This document shows positions 49,919 to 58,650 of a stretch of 64,000 bases of DNA, piece by piece (position 1 is the first letter of the stretch; the number at the start of each line of letters is the position of its first letter). This stretch comes from Acidobacteriota bacterium (GTDB lineage: Bacteria > Acidobacteriota > UBA6911 > RPQK01 > JAJDTT01). The DNA lies in assembly GCA_965263035.1 (NCBI GenBank), contig OZ253580.1, positions 1,952,001 through 2,016,000 on the forward strand, read 5' to 3'. Below the pieces are notes generated by a model. The model saw only the letters and a program-made list of their open reading frames with translations, was not told the DNA's origin and made no database searches. A program made the translations under genes and the position numbers.

Positions 49919-49940
49919 TCAAGTCAAATATATAATTCCC
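49919..49940 (+). repeat. Orphan copy of the tnpB-element TIR, containing TATAAT 60 bp upstream of CBASS
   Basis: TCAAGTCAAATATATAATTCCC vs TCAAGTCAGATATATAAGCCCC (19/22). Confidence 0.6.
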
Positions 49941-49995
49941 AAAGATATCATCGGCAATCACAGCAGTGGATTAGCTCTACAAATATGGTGAATCT

Positions 49996-51147
49996 ATGAC
50001 TCAGGACGTAAGCCGGTACATTCGGCCTCCCGTCGAACGCGAATTGTGGGGCCGGGCGGCAGGCCGTTGCGAGTTTTGGGGTTGCAACCGGCTCCTCTAC
50101 AAGTCGCCGGTCACTCAGGAACGGGTCAATCTTGCAGAAAAGGCGCACATCTACTCCTTTTCTGAGCACGGACCGCGCGGCTGGGGCCCGTTTGTTAAGA
50201 ACAAGAAGGGACTGAACGACATCTCAAACTTGATGCTGGTTTGCCACGACTGCCACAAAAAGATCGATCAGGACGTTGACGGTGCCCGCTACAAAGCGAG
50301 CCTCTTGATTGATTGGAAACGCCAGCACGAAGAGCGTGTGCGCATCGTCACCGGGACCAGTCCGAACAGGAAATCCCACGTCATTCTCTATGGCGGAAAG
50401 ATCGGCGAAGAGAATTCGCCGCTACAGTTCGAACGTGCGATTGCCGCCATGTTCCCGGAGTGGTTTCCCGCAGATGAGCGGCCAGTCATCCTCTCGATGA
50501 GTTCAGAGCATGAGGACACGGAAGAACTGTTCTGGCAGAGCGAAACGGCCCATTTGCGTGCCGCGTTCGAGCGCCACGTCGTGCGTCGAATCAACGAAGC
50601 CAACCCCAACCATTTTTCCGTCTTCGCGTTTGCCAATCAGCCGCTTCTCATCCTTCTAGGTGTACTGCTCACTGACAAAGTCCCGGCTGAACTGTATCAG
50701 CTGCACCGGGAACCCGCCGGATGGTGCTGGCAGCCCGACGGGCCTGAGGGGTTCTCCTTCCGCACGGTCAGGCCGCAGCAGCAACATGGGACACCGGCTC
50801 TTGTCATTTCACTCAGCGCCCGCATTGATTCTGACCGCATCACGTCCATTCTTGGGCCGGCGACGGCTATCTGGGAACTGACAGTCGATGAATGCCACAA
50901 CGACTTTCTCAAGTCTCGCGCCCAGCTTGCGGCTTTTCGTGAAGCCGCAAGGAAGCTCATTGTTGAGATTGCGGACGCTCACGGCCAGCGCACACCGCTC
51001 AACATCTTCCCGGCCATGCCCGTTGCCTGTGCTGTCGAGCTGGGACGCATACGCATGCCGAAAGCCGACATGCCCTGGATTGTTTTCGATCAGAACAACA
51101 AGCTTGGGGGATTTATCAAGGCACTGGAGATAGGAGGAACATCGTGA
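49996..51147 (+). CDS. cap5: CBASS effector HNH-SAVED (Cap5-like)
   Basis: LWGRAAGRCEFWGC, EKAHI, NLMLVCHDCHKKID (HNH/Zn); SAVED-like FAFANQPLLILLG, YQLHREP, IFPAMPVACAVELGR. Confidence 0.88.
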   Translation: MTQDVSRYIRPPVERELWGRAAGRCEFWGCNRLLYKSPVTQERVNLAEKAHIYSFSEHGPRGWGPFVKNKKGLNDISNLMLVCHDCHKKIDQDVDGARYKASLLIDWKRQHEERVRIVTGTSPNRKSHVILYGGKIGEENSPLQFERAIAAMFPEWFPADERPVILSMSSEHEDTEELFWQSETAHLRAAFERHVVRRINEANPNHFSVFAFANQPLLILLGVLLTDKVPAELYQLHREPAGWCWQPDGPEGFSFRTVRPQQQHGTPALVISLSARIDSDRITSILGPATAIWELTVDECHNDFLKSRAQLAAFREAARKLIVEIADAHGQRTPLNIFPAMPVACAVELGRIRMPKADMPWIVFDQNNKLGGFIKALEIGGTS

Positions 51148-52343
51148 GTACTACGACTGGACACGGGATCCTTGAAGAGATTGCTAAGACGATAGAAATA
51201 CCGGATTCCGCCTATGAAACCGCGGAAAGGCGTTATAGAGACCTCGGCAATTGGTTCGCGCAACCTAGTTCGCTTTGCGGCCGCTTCGATCCGCACATCC
51301 ACGCGCAGGGCTCGTTTCGCTTAGGCACCGTCATCCGCCCGCTGGGGGATGCCGAAGCCTATGATCTCGACCTCTCCTGTAAGCTCAGGCAGGGCATCAG
51401 CAAGACCACTCAGACCCAGGAAGATGTCAAAATGCTCGTTGGGGTCGATGTGAAAAGCTACCGTAGGGCTCGCCAAATCGACAAACCTGTGCAGAATAAG
51501 CATCGCTGCTGGCGCCTGGAATATGCCGACGATCTCAGCTTCCATATCGACATCGTTCCGTGCATTCCAGAAGAGTACTCCCGACAGCGCCTGATTGAAG
51601 ACGCCATCATTAAGGCTCAATCATCAGATGAGGCTCTGGCGAAGACCATTGCCGACCTAAGCGTCAACATTACGGACGACCGCCTTCCCGGATACAGGAT
51701 ACTCACCACCGACTGGCTGCTTAGCAATCCGGAAGGTTACGCGCGCTGGTTTGAATCGCGGATGAGTTTGGCCAGGACGATGCTTGAAGCCCTCAAACGT
51801 CAGTACAAGGCTGCCGAGATCGAAGACATCCCTGCATTCAAGTGGAAGACACCGCTCCAGCGCTGTGTACAAATGTTCAAGCGCCATCGCGACATCATGT
51901 TCGCCGACAAGCCGGACGTGAAACCGATCTCGATCATCATCACGACTCTCGCCGGGCGCGCCTATCAAGGGGAAACCGATCTCTGGGAAGCCGCACGCAA
52001 TGTCCTCGACAAGATGGGGGGACTTGTCAATCCGCAAGCGCCGCGCGTTCCGAATCCGGTGAACCCGGCGGAGGATTTTGCCGATAAGTGGAGCACGCAG
52101 GAAGGGCGTGCCAACCGGCTCGAAGAGAACTTCCACGCATGGCTGACCCAGGCCGGATCGGACTTCCAGGCGCTGGCCTCCTCTCGGGATACTGAATTTA
52201 TATCCGAACTGGCCCACCAGAAACTGGACGCCCGCCTCAAAGCCGCTGATTTACGCTCCATAGCCAGCCTTGCGGCACCAATCGGCTTCGCGCCGAAGAC
52301 GCACCACATCGTCGAAAAGCCCGCCCGGCCTTGGATGCGATGA
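51144..52343 (+). CDS. CD-NTase (cGAS/DncV-like, SMODS nucleotidyltransferase)
   Basis: QGSFRLGTVIRP...YDLDL, HIDIVP, SNPEGYARWF, KRHRD, PISIIITTL, NPVNPAEDFADKW. Confidence 0.92.
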   Translation: MSTTTGHGILEEIAKTIEIPDSAYETAERRYRDLGNWFAQPSSLCGRFDPHIHAQGSFRLGTVIRPLGDAEAYDLDLSCKLRQGISKTTQTQEDVKMLVGVDVKSYRRARQIDKPVQNKHRCWRLEYADDLSFHIDIVPCIPEEYSRQRLIEDAIIKAQSSDEALAKTIADLSVNITDDRLPGYRILTTDWLLSNPEGYARWFESRMSLARTMLEALKRQYKAAEIEDIPAFKWKTPLQRCVQMFKRHRDIMFADKPDVKPISIIITTLAGRAYQGETDLWEAARNVLDKMGGLVNPQAPRVPNPVNPAEDFADKWSTQEGRANRLEENFHAWLTQAGSDFQALASSRDTEFISELAHQKLDARLKAADLRSIASLAAPIGFAPKTHHIVEKPARPWMR

Positions 52344-52352
52344 GGGGCACGA

Positions 52353-52991
52353 TTGAGGGAAATCTTACCGGGGTTGCGGGCCTTTCTGAAAGACTACCCT
52401 CACATGAGCATCCGACCAGCCTCCTTTCCGGGCCTGGTGATCCGAGGGCCATTTCATTTTACGGCCCGGCATGAAGGTAAACCTGAGATCACCGACAGCT
52501 TCGACCTGCGTATCGCGGTTCCTCCCGCGTTCCCTTGTGATCTACCTAAAGTCACCGAACTAGCAAAGAGGATTCCGCGAAACGGTGACTTCCACGTCAA
52601 CCCCGATACCACCTTGTGTCTGGGTTCTCCTTTGCGCCTGCTCTCTAGGCTTTCCAAGCACCCTTCCTTACCGGGTTTTGCGTCTTATTGCCTAGTTCCT
52701 TACCTGTATGCGGTGACCCATAAACTCCAGTTCGGTGGCGAGTTGCTTTTCAGCGAACTCAAACACGGTACGGAAGGTATCATTGAGGACTATTTGGATC
52801 TGTTCGGTCTGAGCAATCCTGAGCAGGCACGGAGCGTCTTGCGCCTGCTTGGCATGAAAAAGCGCAGCGCCAACAAAGAGCCGTGCCCGTGTGAATGCGG
52901 CAAACGCCTCGGCCGCTGCCGCTTCAACAGAAAGATGAGGGAGTTTCGCCAGCGGGCAAGCCGGTCGTGGTTCAGGACCCACCAGATATAG
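52353..52991 (+). CDS. Prokaryotic E2-like protein with C-terminal SEC-C-like Cys motif
   Basis: VPPAFPCDLPKV...FHVNPDTTLCLG (E2 catalytic Cys region), LVPYLY, ELKHGTEG, CPCECGKRLGRC. Confidence 0.78.
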   Translation: MREILPGLRAFLKDYPHMSIRPASFPGLVIRGPFHFTARHEGKPEITDSFDLRIAVPPAFPCDLPKVTELAKRIPRNGDFHVNPDTTLCLGSPLRLLSRLSKHPSLPGFASYCLVPYLYAVTHKLQFGGELLFSELKHGTEGIIEDYLDLFGLSNPEQARSVLRLLGMKKRSANKEPCPCECGKRLGRCRFNRKMREFRQRASRSWFRTHQI

Positions 52992-53129
52992 CCCCGAGCC
53001 GTGGTATCTGACCGGCTACCCTACCGAAATTTGCAGTGGACGACGCTGGCCCGGGCGGGGAAGAGGACGGCAAAGACGGGAGATCTGGAGGTGGATTGGG
53101 TCACCTACACAACGCGCGAATGGATTCGG

Positions 53130-53240
53130 AAAGCGCCACACCGGTGGATCAAAGAAGTGTTGGCAACTCGTCGGTTCAGCGTCCGCAGACTGGAGAAGGC
53201 GCGAGCCGAGTGGGGTTTGGTGTGTCTGGCACAAATGGTG
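53130..53240 (+). pseudogene. IS1182-family transposase C-terminal remnant
   Basis: WIKEVLATRRFSVRRLEKARAEWGLVCLA resembles the end of the 47883 transposase. Confidence 0.6.
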
Positions 53241-53554
53241 ATATCGGTACAATCCTTGATGGCTACCTACCAGAGCCCAGGGGAACCCTTCGACAATGTC
53301 ATCAACGGTCGGAACCAGTATTCCCGTCGATTCTGTGGCGCTTCGGCCGCTCCTCCCACCTGCCAACCGGAAGATTCTCTCCGACCCGGGTCTTAACCGC
53401 GAGGATCAATAACCCTACTGGTCGTGCAAGTTTTCTACGGTGCAGCCTCCTAGCCGGCAAACTTCCAGGGGCAAGCAGGGGAGGGGAAGTGGCGACTGCA
53501 ATGTCGCCACTTCAAATGGGATTTTCGACCTTGAAGAGAGGAAGATTCGGAAAA

Positions 53555-55171
53555 ATGAGATTGTCTTCTTTGGTGAAAATCTATTCGCTGCTCGGGTTGT
53601 CGCTGGCTGTCTCCTGCCAATCAGGAGAGCCAACCGAGGATCGCCCCGACGGGGTGACGGTTCTGGTGGGGAGTCGCCCCGTGGTGAAGGAGGCTTCGCT
53701 TTTCCCTTTCGACAACGGCTCGATTCCCTTCACCCAGAACGTCGGGTTGGAGCTGCACCCGCCGCGCAAGTATCCGGGCAATCCGGTCCTGCCCAGAGGC
53801 TCGGAGGGGGAACCGGACGAATTCGGAGTCCAGTTCTACGGCTCAGTGGTCCGACACGAGGGAAAGTTCAAGCTCTGGTACGTGGCCATCGGCAGCGATC
53901 CCTTTACGGTCGTGGAGAAGGACCTGATGTGGACCCCCCGCGTGGACATCGTCCCATTGAAGTGGCGTCCCGCCTACGCCGAGAGCGCCGACGGCATTCA
54001 CTGGACACGGCCCGCACTGAGTCTGGCGGAGTACGACGGCAGCCGGGACAACAACCTGGTGTTGATGGAGCCCGCACCTTTGGGAGCCATCAACCTGAAG
54101 GTGATCCACGATCCGGAAGACCCGGATCCCTCCCGGCAATTCAAGATGTCCATCCACACCTGGTGGCACGAGGAGGGGAAGAAGGGGTTGGGGACTCTGG
54201 CCCCAGCGGTGAGCGGCGACGGCCTGCGCTGGCGGCTGGCCATTCCCGGGACTCCGGAGAACGGCCTGCTGCCCAAGGAGAACACGGTCATCCCGACGGA
54301 CCACTTCGAGGCCGCCGGGGGTCTCTACAAGTGGGGCGGGCTGTTTCACGCCTCGGGCCAGGGAGCCCGGCCGGTCTACGCGGTCGACTCCTGGGGCCGA
54401 TCGGTCGGCACCTACCGCTCCGCCGACTTCGTCCACTGGGAACATACCGGGACCCTCTCCTTCTCCCGGGAGGGGCAGCACCAGAAGGTCCCCAGCGGGC
54501 AGGGTGAAGAGTCTCACGAGGGGATCAGCGTCTGGAACCGGGGCAACGTCCTGCTGGGACTCTATGGAATCTGGCATGGGTCGCCCGACTGGCGGGGGCG
54601 GACCGTGGATCTGGGTTTCGTCGTCAGCAACGACGGCATCCATTTCCGGGAGCCCCTCACCGACTTCGTCTTCATCCGCCGGGGAGAGGACCACGAATGG
54701 GACCAGGGCGGCCTGATCCAGGGTCAGGGCTTCGAAAACGTGGGGGAGGAGACCTACATCTGGTACGGAACCTGGGACCCGGGGTCGCTGGAGCCCCGGG
54801 GCGGCGTGGGTCTGGCCACGCTGGAGCGGGACCGCCTGGGCTCCTTCTCGGTTCGGGACGACTCGATTCCGGCGGCCTTCATGACGGCCGCCATCGAGGC
54901 CCGTGGAGAAGCGAAGTTGTGGATCAACGCCGATGGCGTCTCCGAAGACGCCACGCTTCGTCTGGAGCTCTATGACGCGTTGGAGCGGCCGCTGGCCGGT
55001 TTCTCGGGTAAAGAGGCCGCCGTGTTGAAGGAATCGGGTCTGCGGGTCCCGGTCTCCTGGCCGGGATCGAACGGGATCCCGCGAGTGGAGAAACCTTTCA
55101 AGATCAAGGTGGATTTCGAAGGAGCGGAGGCGGCAGGCATCCGCGTCTACGCCCTGTATATCGGAACCTGA
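53555..55171 (+). CDS. Lipoprotein beta-propeller glycoside hydrolase-like protein, subfamily B
   Basis: MRLSSLVKIYSLLGLSLAVSC lipobox; motifs shared with 26476. Confidence 0.75.
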   Translation: MRLSSLVKIYSLLGLSLAVSCQSGEPTEDRPDGVTVLVGSRPVVKEASLFPFDNGSIPFTQNVGLELHPPRKYPGNPVLPRGSEGEPDEFGVQFYGSVVRHEGKFKLWYVAIGSDPFTVVEKDLMWTPRVDIVPLKWRPAYAESADGIHWTRPALSLAEYDGSRDNNLVLMEPAPLGAINLKVIHDPEDPDPSRQFKMSIHTWWHEEGKKGLGTLAPAVSGDGLRWRLAIPGTPENGLLPKENTVIPTDHFEAAGGLYKWGGLFHASGQGARPVYAVDSWGRSVGTYRSADFVHWEHTGTLSFSREGQHQKVPSGQGEESHEGISVWNRGNVLLGLYGIWHGSPDWRGRTVDLGFVVSNDGIHFREPLTDFVFIRRGEDHEWDQGGLIQGQGFENVGEETYIWYGTWDPGSLEPRGGVGLATLERDRLGSFSVRDDSIPAAFMTAAIEARGEAKLWINADGVSEDATLRLELYDALERPLAGFSGKEAAVLKESGLRVPVSWPGSNGIPRVEKPFKIKVDFEGAEAAGIRVYALYIGT

Positions 55172-55194
55172 CGCCCTGGCGGGTGGCTCCGGCT

Positions 55195-55929
55195 TCAAAC
55201 CGGTCTCGACGCCGCGAAGGCCGTGATCGGAGGGGAGGCCATGAAGTCGTCCCAGAAGGGATTGCGGTGTTGGGACGGATGCAACGACAGCTCAACCCAT
55301 CGGAAGTCCCGGAATCCGGCTGCGCGGAAGGCTCGCTCGTAGGTGCGCGGTTCGAGGTAGAAGTTTTCGAACTCGAATTGCTGCCCGTCCTCGTTGGTCA
55401 CGGTGTACAGAATGACGTCCCCCTCCTTCGGATCGGGCGGACAGGACTTCTCCAGGCCGTATTTCCTCAAGGACACGGACCCCACGGGCGGATGCCGGAC
55501 ATTGTCGTTCACGCCGGTGAAACGTCCTCCCGGCCGTAGCGCATCGTGACAAACCCGGCAGAATTTGCCGAGTTGCTCCCGAGTACGAGCGTAGTTCAGG
55601 AGGTACATGGCGACAACCAGGTCGACCGGTTCCGCCGGTTCGAAGGCCGCGGCGTCCCCATGCAGATAGGCACAGCCGAGAGGACGTCTCCTCTCTTCCT
55701 GTTCCGCCAATCGAATCATCTCGATGGAGACATCGACACCCGTGACCTGGGAAGCTCCGGCCCGTTTCAGCAGGCGCGTATAGAACCCGTGCCCGCAGGC
55801 CATGTCCAGCACCCTTTGGCCTCGAATGTTTCCCAGGATCTCGAACAGCGTGTGTCGCTCGATCACCGCCCGAAAGGGGAGCTGTTTGGAATCCCGGTAC
55901 GCTTCCGCGATGGAGTCGTATGGTTCCAT
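55195..55929 (-). CDS. Class I SAM-dependent methyltransferase
   Basis: VLDMACGHGFYTR, VTGVDVS, YLLNYA. Confidence 0.9.
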   Translation of the reverse strand: MEPYDSIAEAYRDSKQLPFRAVIERHTLFEILGNIRGQRVLDMACGHGFYTRLLKRAGASQVTGVDVSIEMIRLAEQEERRRPLGCAYLHGDAAAFEPAEPVDLVVAMYLLNYARTREQLGKFCRVCHDALRPGGRFTGVNDNVRHPPVGSVSLRKYGLEKSCPPDPKEGDVILYTVTNEDGQQFEFENFYLEPRTYERAFRAAGFRDFRWVELSLHPSQHRNPFWDDFMASPPITAFAASRPV

Positions 55930-55986
55930 TGCGTGTGGTGCGGACGATTGATTTGCGGCGGCAGCTCTCGCCGCCCGCCTTTGGGG

Positions 55987-56788
55987 CTAGTCCGGAACCA
56001 CCATCGTGATAGAGGAGCGGCTGCACGTCCTCCGGAAGGCGCCGGTAGACCGATTCCGGCAGAGGTTGGACTTTGGGATCGGTATGGTCGCCCCCCCCTC
56101 GGTCCTCGATGATCTGTTTGCGGTCGCGGCTGCCGGGGCGCAAGGGTCCCAGGTTGACCCACCACGGAGCGTAGCGTACGAGGACGCCGACCCGCTCCTC
56201 GTCGGTCACGTTGGGCGCGATGCTGTGCCAGGTCCGGGCATCGAAGACGGCCACGTCGCCGGGATTTCCCTCGATCTGGGTCTCCCCCTCGAACACCGAG
56301 TTCGGGTCCAGGTCGGTCCCTTTCCGGGGCGCCCGGTTCCGCATGTGGCTGCCCGGCACCACCATGGTTCCGCCATTGGCCCGGGTGAACCGGGACAGCA
56401 TCCACATGGTCACCAGATTCAACACCACGTCGGGATAGGGGGCCCGGACGCAGGAGAGCTGGTCCTGGTTGTAGGGCCAGTCCGCGTGGACGGTTCCCCG
56501 CTGGAGTCCGGGGCCGTTGATGGTGCCGGTGAGCATGGAGATGCGGGCGTTGTGACCGAAGAGCTCGCCCACGATGGCCATGATCCGAGGATGGTTCAGG
56601 TAGGGGGCGAGGGCCTGGTTCAGACGGAGGAAACCGGTGACGTATCCCTGGGGCAGCGGCAAGCTGGTGTGCTTGCGGACCGTTTCGGCAACGCTTCGCC
56701 GCACCGCGCCCACCAGGTCGGCCTGGATGACCGATCTCAGAATCACATACCCGTCGCGGCGGAGCACCTCCATTGGATCTTCATGCAT
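55987..56788 (-). CDS. Phytanoyl-CoA dioxygenase (PhyH) family protein, probable 1-bp frameshift near the 3' end
   Basis: LRRDGYVIL, VHADWPY, NGGTMVVPGSH, FDARTWH. The track ORF reads through the downstream gene; the alternative frame ends LYH/MVVPD* at 55987. Confidence 0.8.
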
Positions 56789-56998
56789 GGCTGAACCTCT
56801 CCCGGAAGTCTCACACGTCGGGCCGGTGTTCTCAAGAGGACGGGAAGGCGCCGCCTGCGACCTGCGTGCTGGTTCCCGATCACCCGGTTTCCGGTCCCGG
56901 CATATGACAAGGAGGACCCGACACTGTAGAGTTTCCTCATGTCACGGGGTTGCATTGCCTGCCCCCCCACGCCTGCCGTAACCATGGGAGAAACCAGG

Positions 56999-58591
56999 AT
57001 GTCCATCCGCACCGCCATCCGCCGCCTCCAGTCGCTGACCCTGCTCCTTCCCGTCTTTGCCGCCGGAGCTCTGGCCAACACCGTCGACGTGGGGTCCCAG
57101 AAGCAGCTCTTCTTCGACGACCACGTGATCGAATCCATGCAGGGCGTCTACCGAATCATGAACCAGCCGCTCAAGTATGCCGGGAACCCGGTGATCCGGA
57201 TGGACCGGTGCTGGGAGGCGGACATGCACTTCGGCAACTCTCCCAACCTGGCCTACGATCCGGATCGAGGCGTCTACCAGATGTGGCACCAGGTGGTGAA
57301 CTACAACTGGTCGGAGAACTTCGTCGGCTACTACGAATCCCGTGACGGGATGCACTGGGACAAGCCGCTGGTGGGGCAGTTCGACTATCACTCCTCCTGG
57401 TGCCGGGGAGAACCCTCCCGGAACCACAATTTCGTCTTCGGGAAGGGCGTGGGCGCCCGCGCGCCGGGGGTCGCCCGCGACCCGCACGAGTCCGATCCCC
57501 GGAAGCGCTACAAGATGCTCTACCGCCACAACAGCAAGGACCCGAAAGTGAACGGAGTCTGGGCGGCCCATTCGCCCGACGGCATCCAATGGGAACTCTA
57601 CGACGGCGTCAATCCGGTCTTCTTGAACAACGACACGCATCAGGTCTTCTTCTGGGATCCCCGGCGCCGGCTCTACGTGGCGCATATTCGCCTTTGGCCC
57701 CCCATCTTCAAGGACCATCCGCTGTTTCAGGGGACCCGCCGGGAAGGCCGGGTGAGGACCCCGGGAATCGCCACCAGTCCCGATTTTCTGAGTTGGGACG
57801 CCCCCACGGAGATGAAGGATCCGGTCGAGGTGAACAAGAAGTACATCCTGGTTCCGCCGGACGAGAAGGACGCTCCCTGCACCGGCGGGTTCTATACCTT
57901 CGAGACCCTGCTCTACGAAGGGATCTACATCGGGTTCCTGACCCCCTACCACATCTGTCCGGGGATGGAGCCCATGACGCCTCCCAGCCGGGATCTGGCG
58001 CGAAACCCGTGGCTGGACCGGATCGACATCCAGCTGGCCTTCAGCCGGGACGGAACCACCTGGCAGCGGGTGGGACAGCGGCGGCCCTTCATTCCCAACG
58101 GCTCCGAGGGCAGCTACGACTCGGGGATGATCTTCGTGGCCCAGCCGCCCCTGGTCCGGGAGGATCGGGGTGAGATCTGGCTCTACTACACCGGGTTCAA
58201 AAAGGGGCATTGGGGCGTGAACCGGGGCGAGAACCAGGAGAGTTCCCAGAACCTGGCCGTGCTTCGCCTGGACGGATTCGTCTCGCTGGCGGCGGGGCGG
58301 GGCAACTTCACCACCAAACCCCTGAGATTCTCGGGGAACCGGCTGAAACTGAACGGGTCGACGGCGGGAGACGAGGGGAGCATCCAGGTGGAAATCCTGG
58401 ATCCTGAAACCGGCGAGCCCTTGCCCGGTTACTCGCGGGAGGATTGCCAAGCCTTCCGGGGAGACTCGATCGCACACACGGTGAGTTGGGGGAACCAAGC
58501 CGGCTTGGCGTCCCTGGCCGGCAGCACGGTCCAGCTCAGATTCCACATGCAGCGCAGCAAGATCTTCTCCTTCCAGTTCTCTTCGGAATGA
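56999..58591 (+). CDS. Secreted beta-propeller glycoside hydrolase-like protein, subfamily C
   Basis: Long identical blocks with 38896-40521 (CWEADMHF, KYILVPPD, RNPWLDRIDIQLAFSRDG). Confidence 0.75.
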   Translation: MSIRTAIRRLQSLTLLLPVFAAGALANTVDVGSQKQLFFDDHVIESMQGVYRIMNQPLKYAGNPVIRMDRCWEADMHFGNSPNLAYDPDRGVYQMWHQVVNYNWSENFVGYYESRDGMHWDKPLVGQFDYHSSWCRGEPSRNHNFVFGKGVGARAPGVARDPHESDPRKRYKMLYRHNSKDPKVNGVWAAHSPDGIQWELYDGVNPVFLNNDTHQVFFWDPRRRLYVAHIRLWPPIFKDHPLFQGTRREGRVRTPGIATSPDFLSWDAPTEMKDPVEVNKKYILVPPDEKDAPCTGGFYTFETLLYEGIYIGFLTPYHICPGMEPMTPPSRDLARNPWLDRIDIQLAFSRDGTTWQRVGQRRPFIPNGSEGSYDSGMIFVAQPPLVREDRGEIWLYYTGFKKGHWGVNRGENQESSQNLAVLRLDGFVSLAAGRGNFTTKPLRFSGNRLKLNGSTAGDEGSIQVEILDPETGEPLPGYSREDCQAFRGDSIAHTVSWGNQAGLASLAGSTVQLRFHMQRSKIFSFQFSSE

Positions 58592-58650
58592 GCAACGGTG
58601 GATGCCCCCGCCATGATTTATCCACGGGCTGCTATATTGTCCTCATAAAG

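Noticed and set aside
53036-53554. 173-aa N-terminal extension of the 53555 gene
   Set aside because: It overlaps an IS remnant; the signal peptide and lipobox start at 53555.
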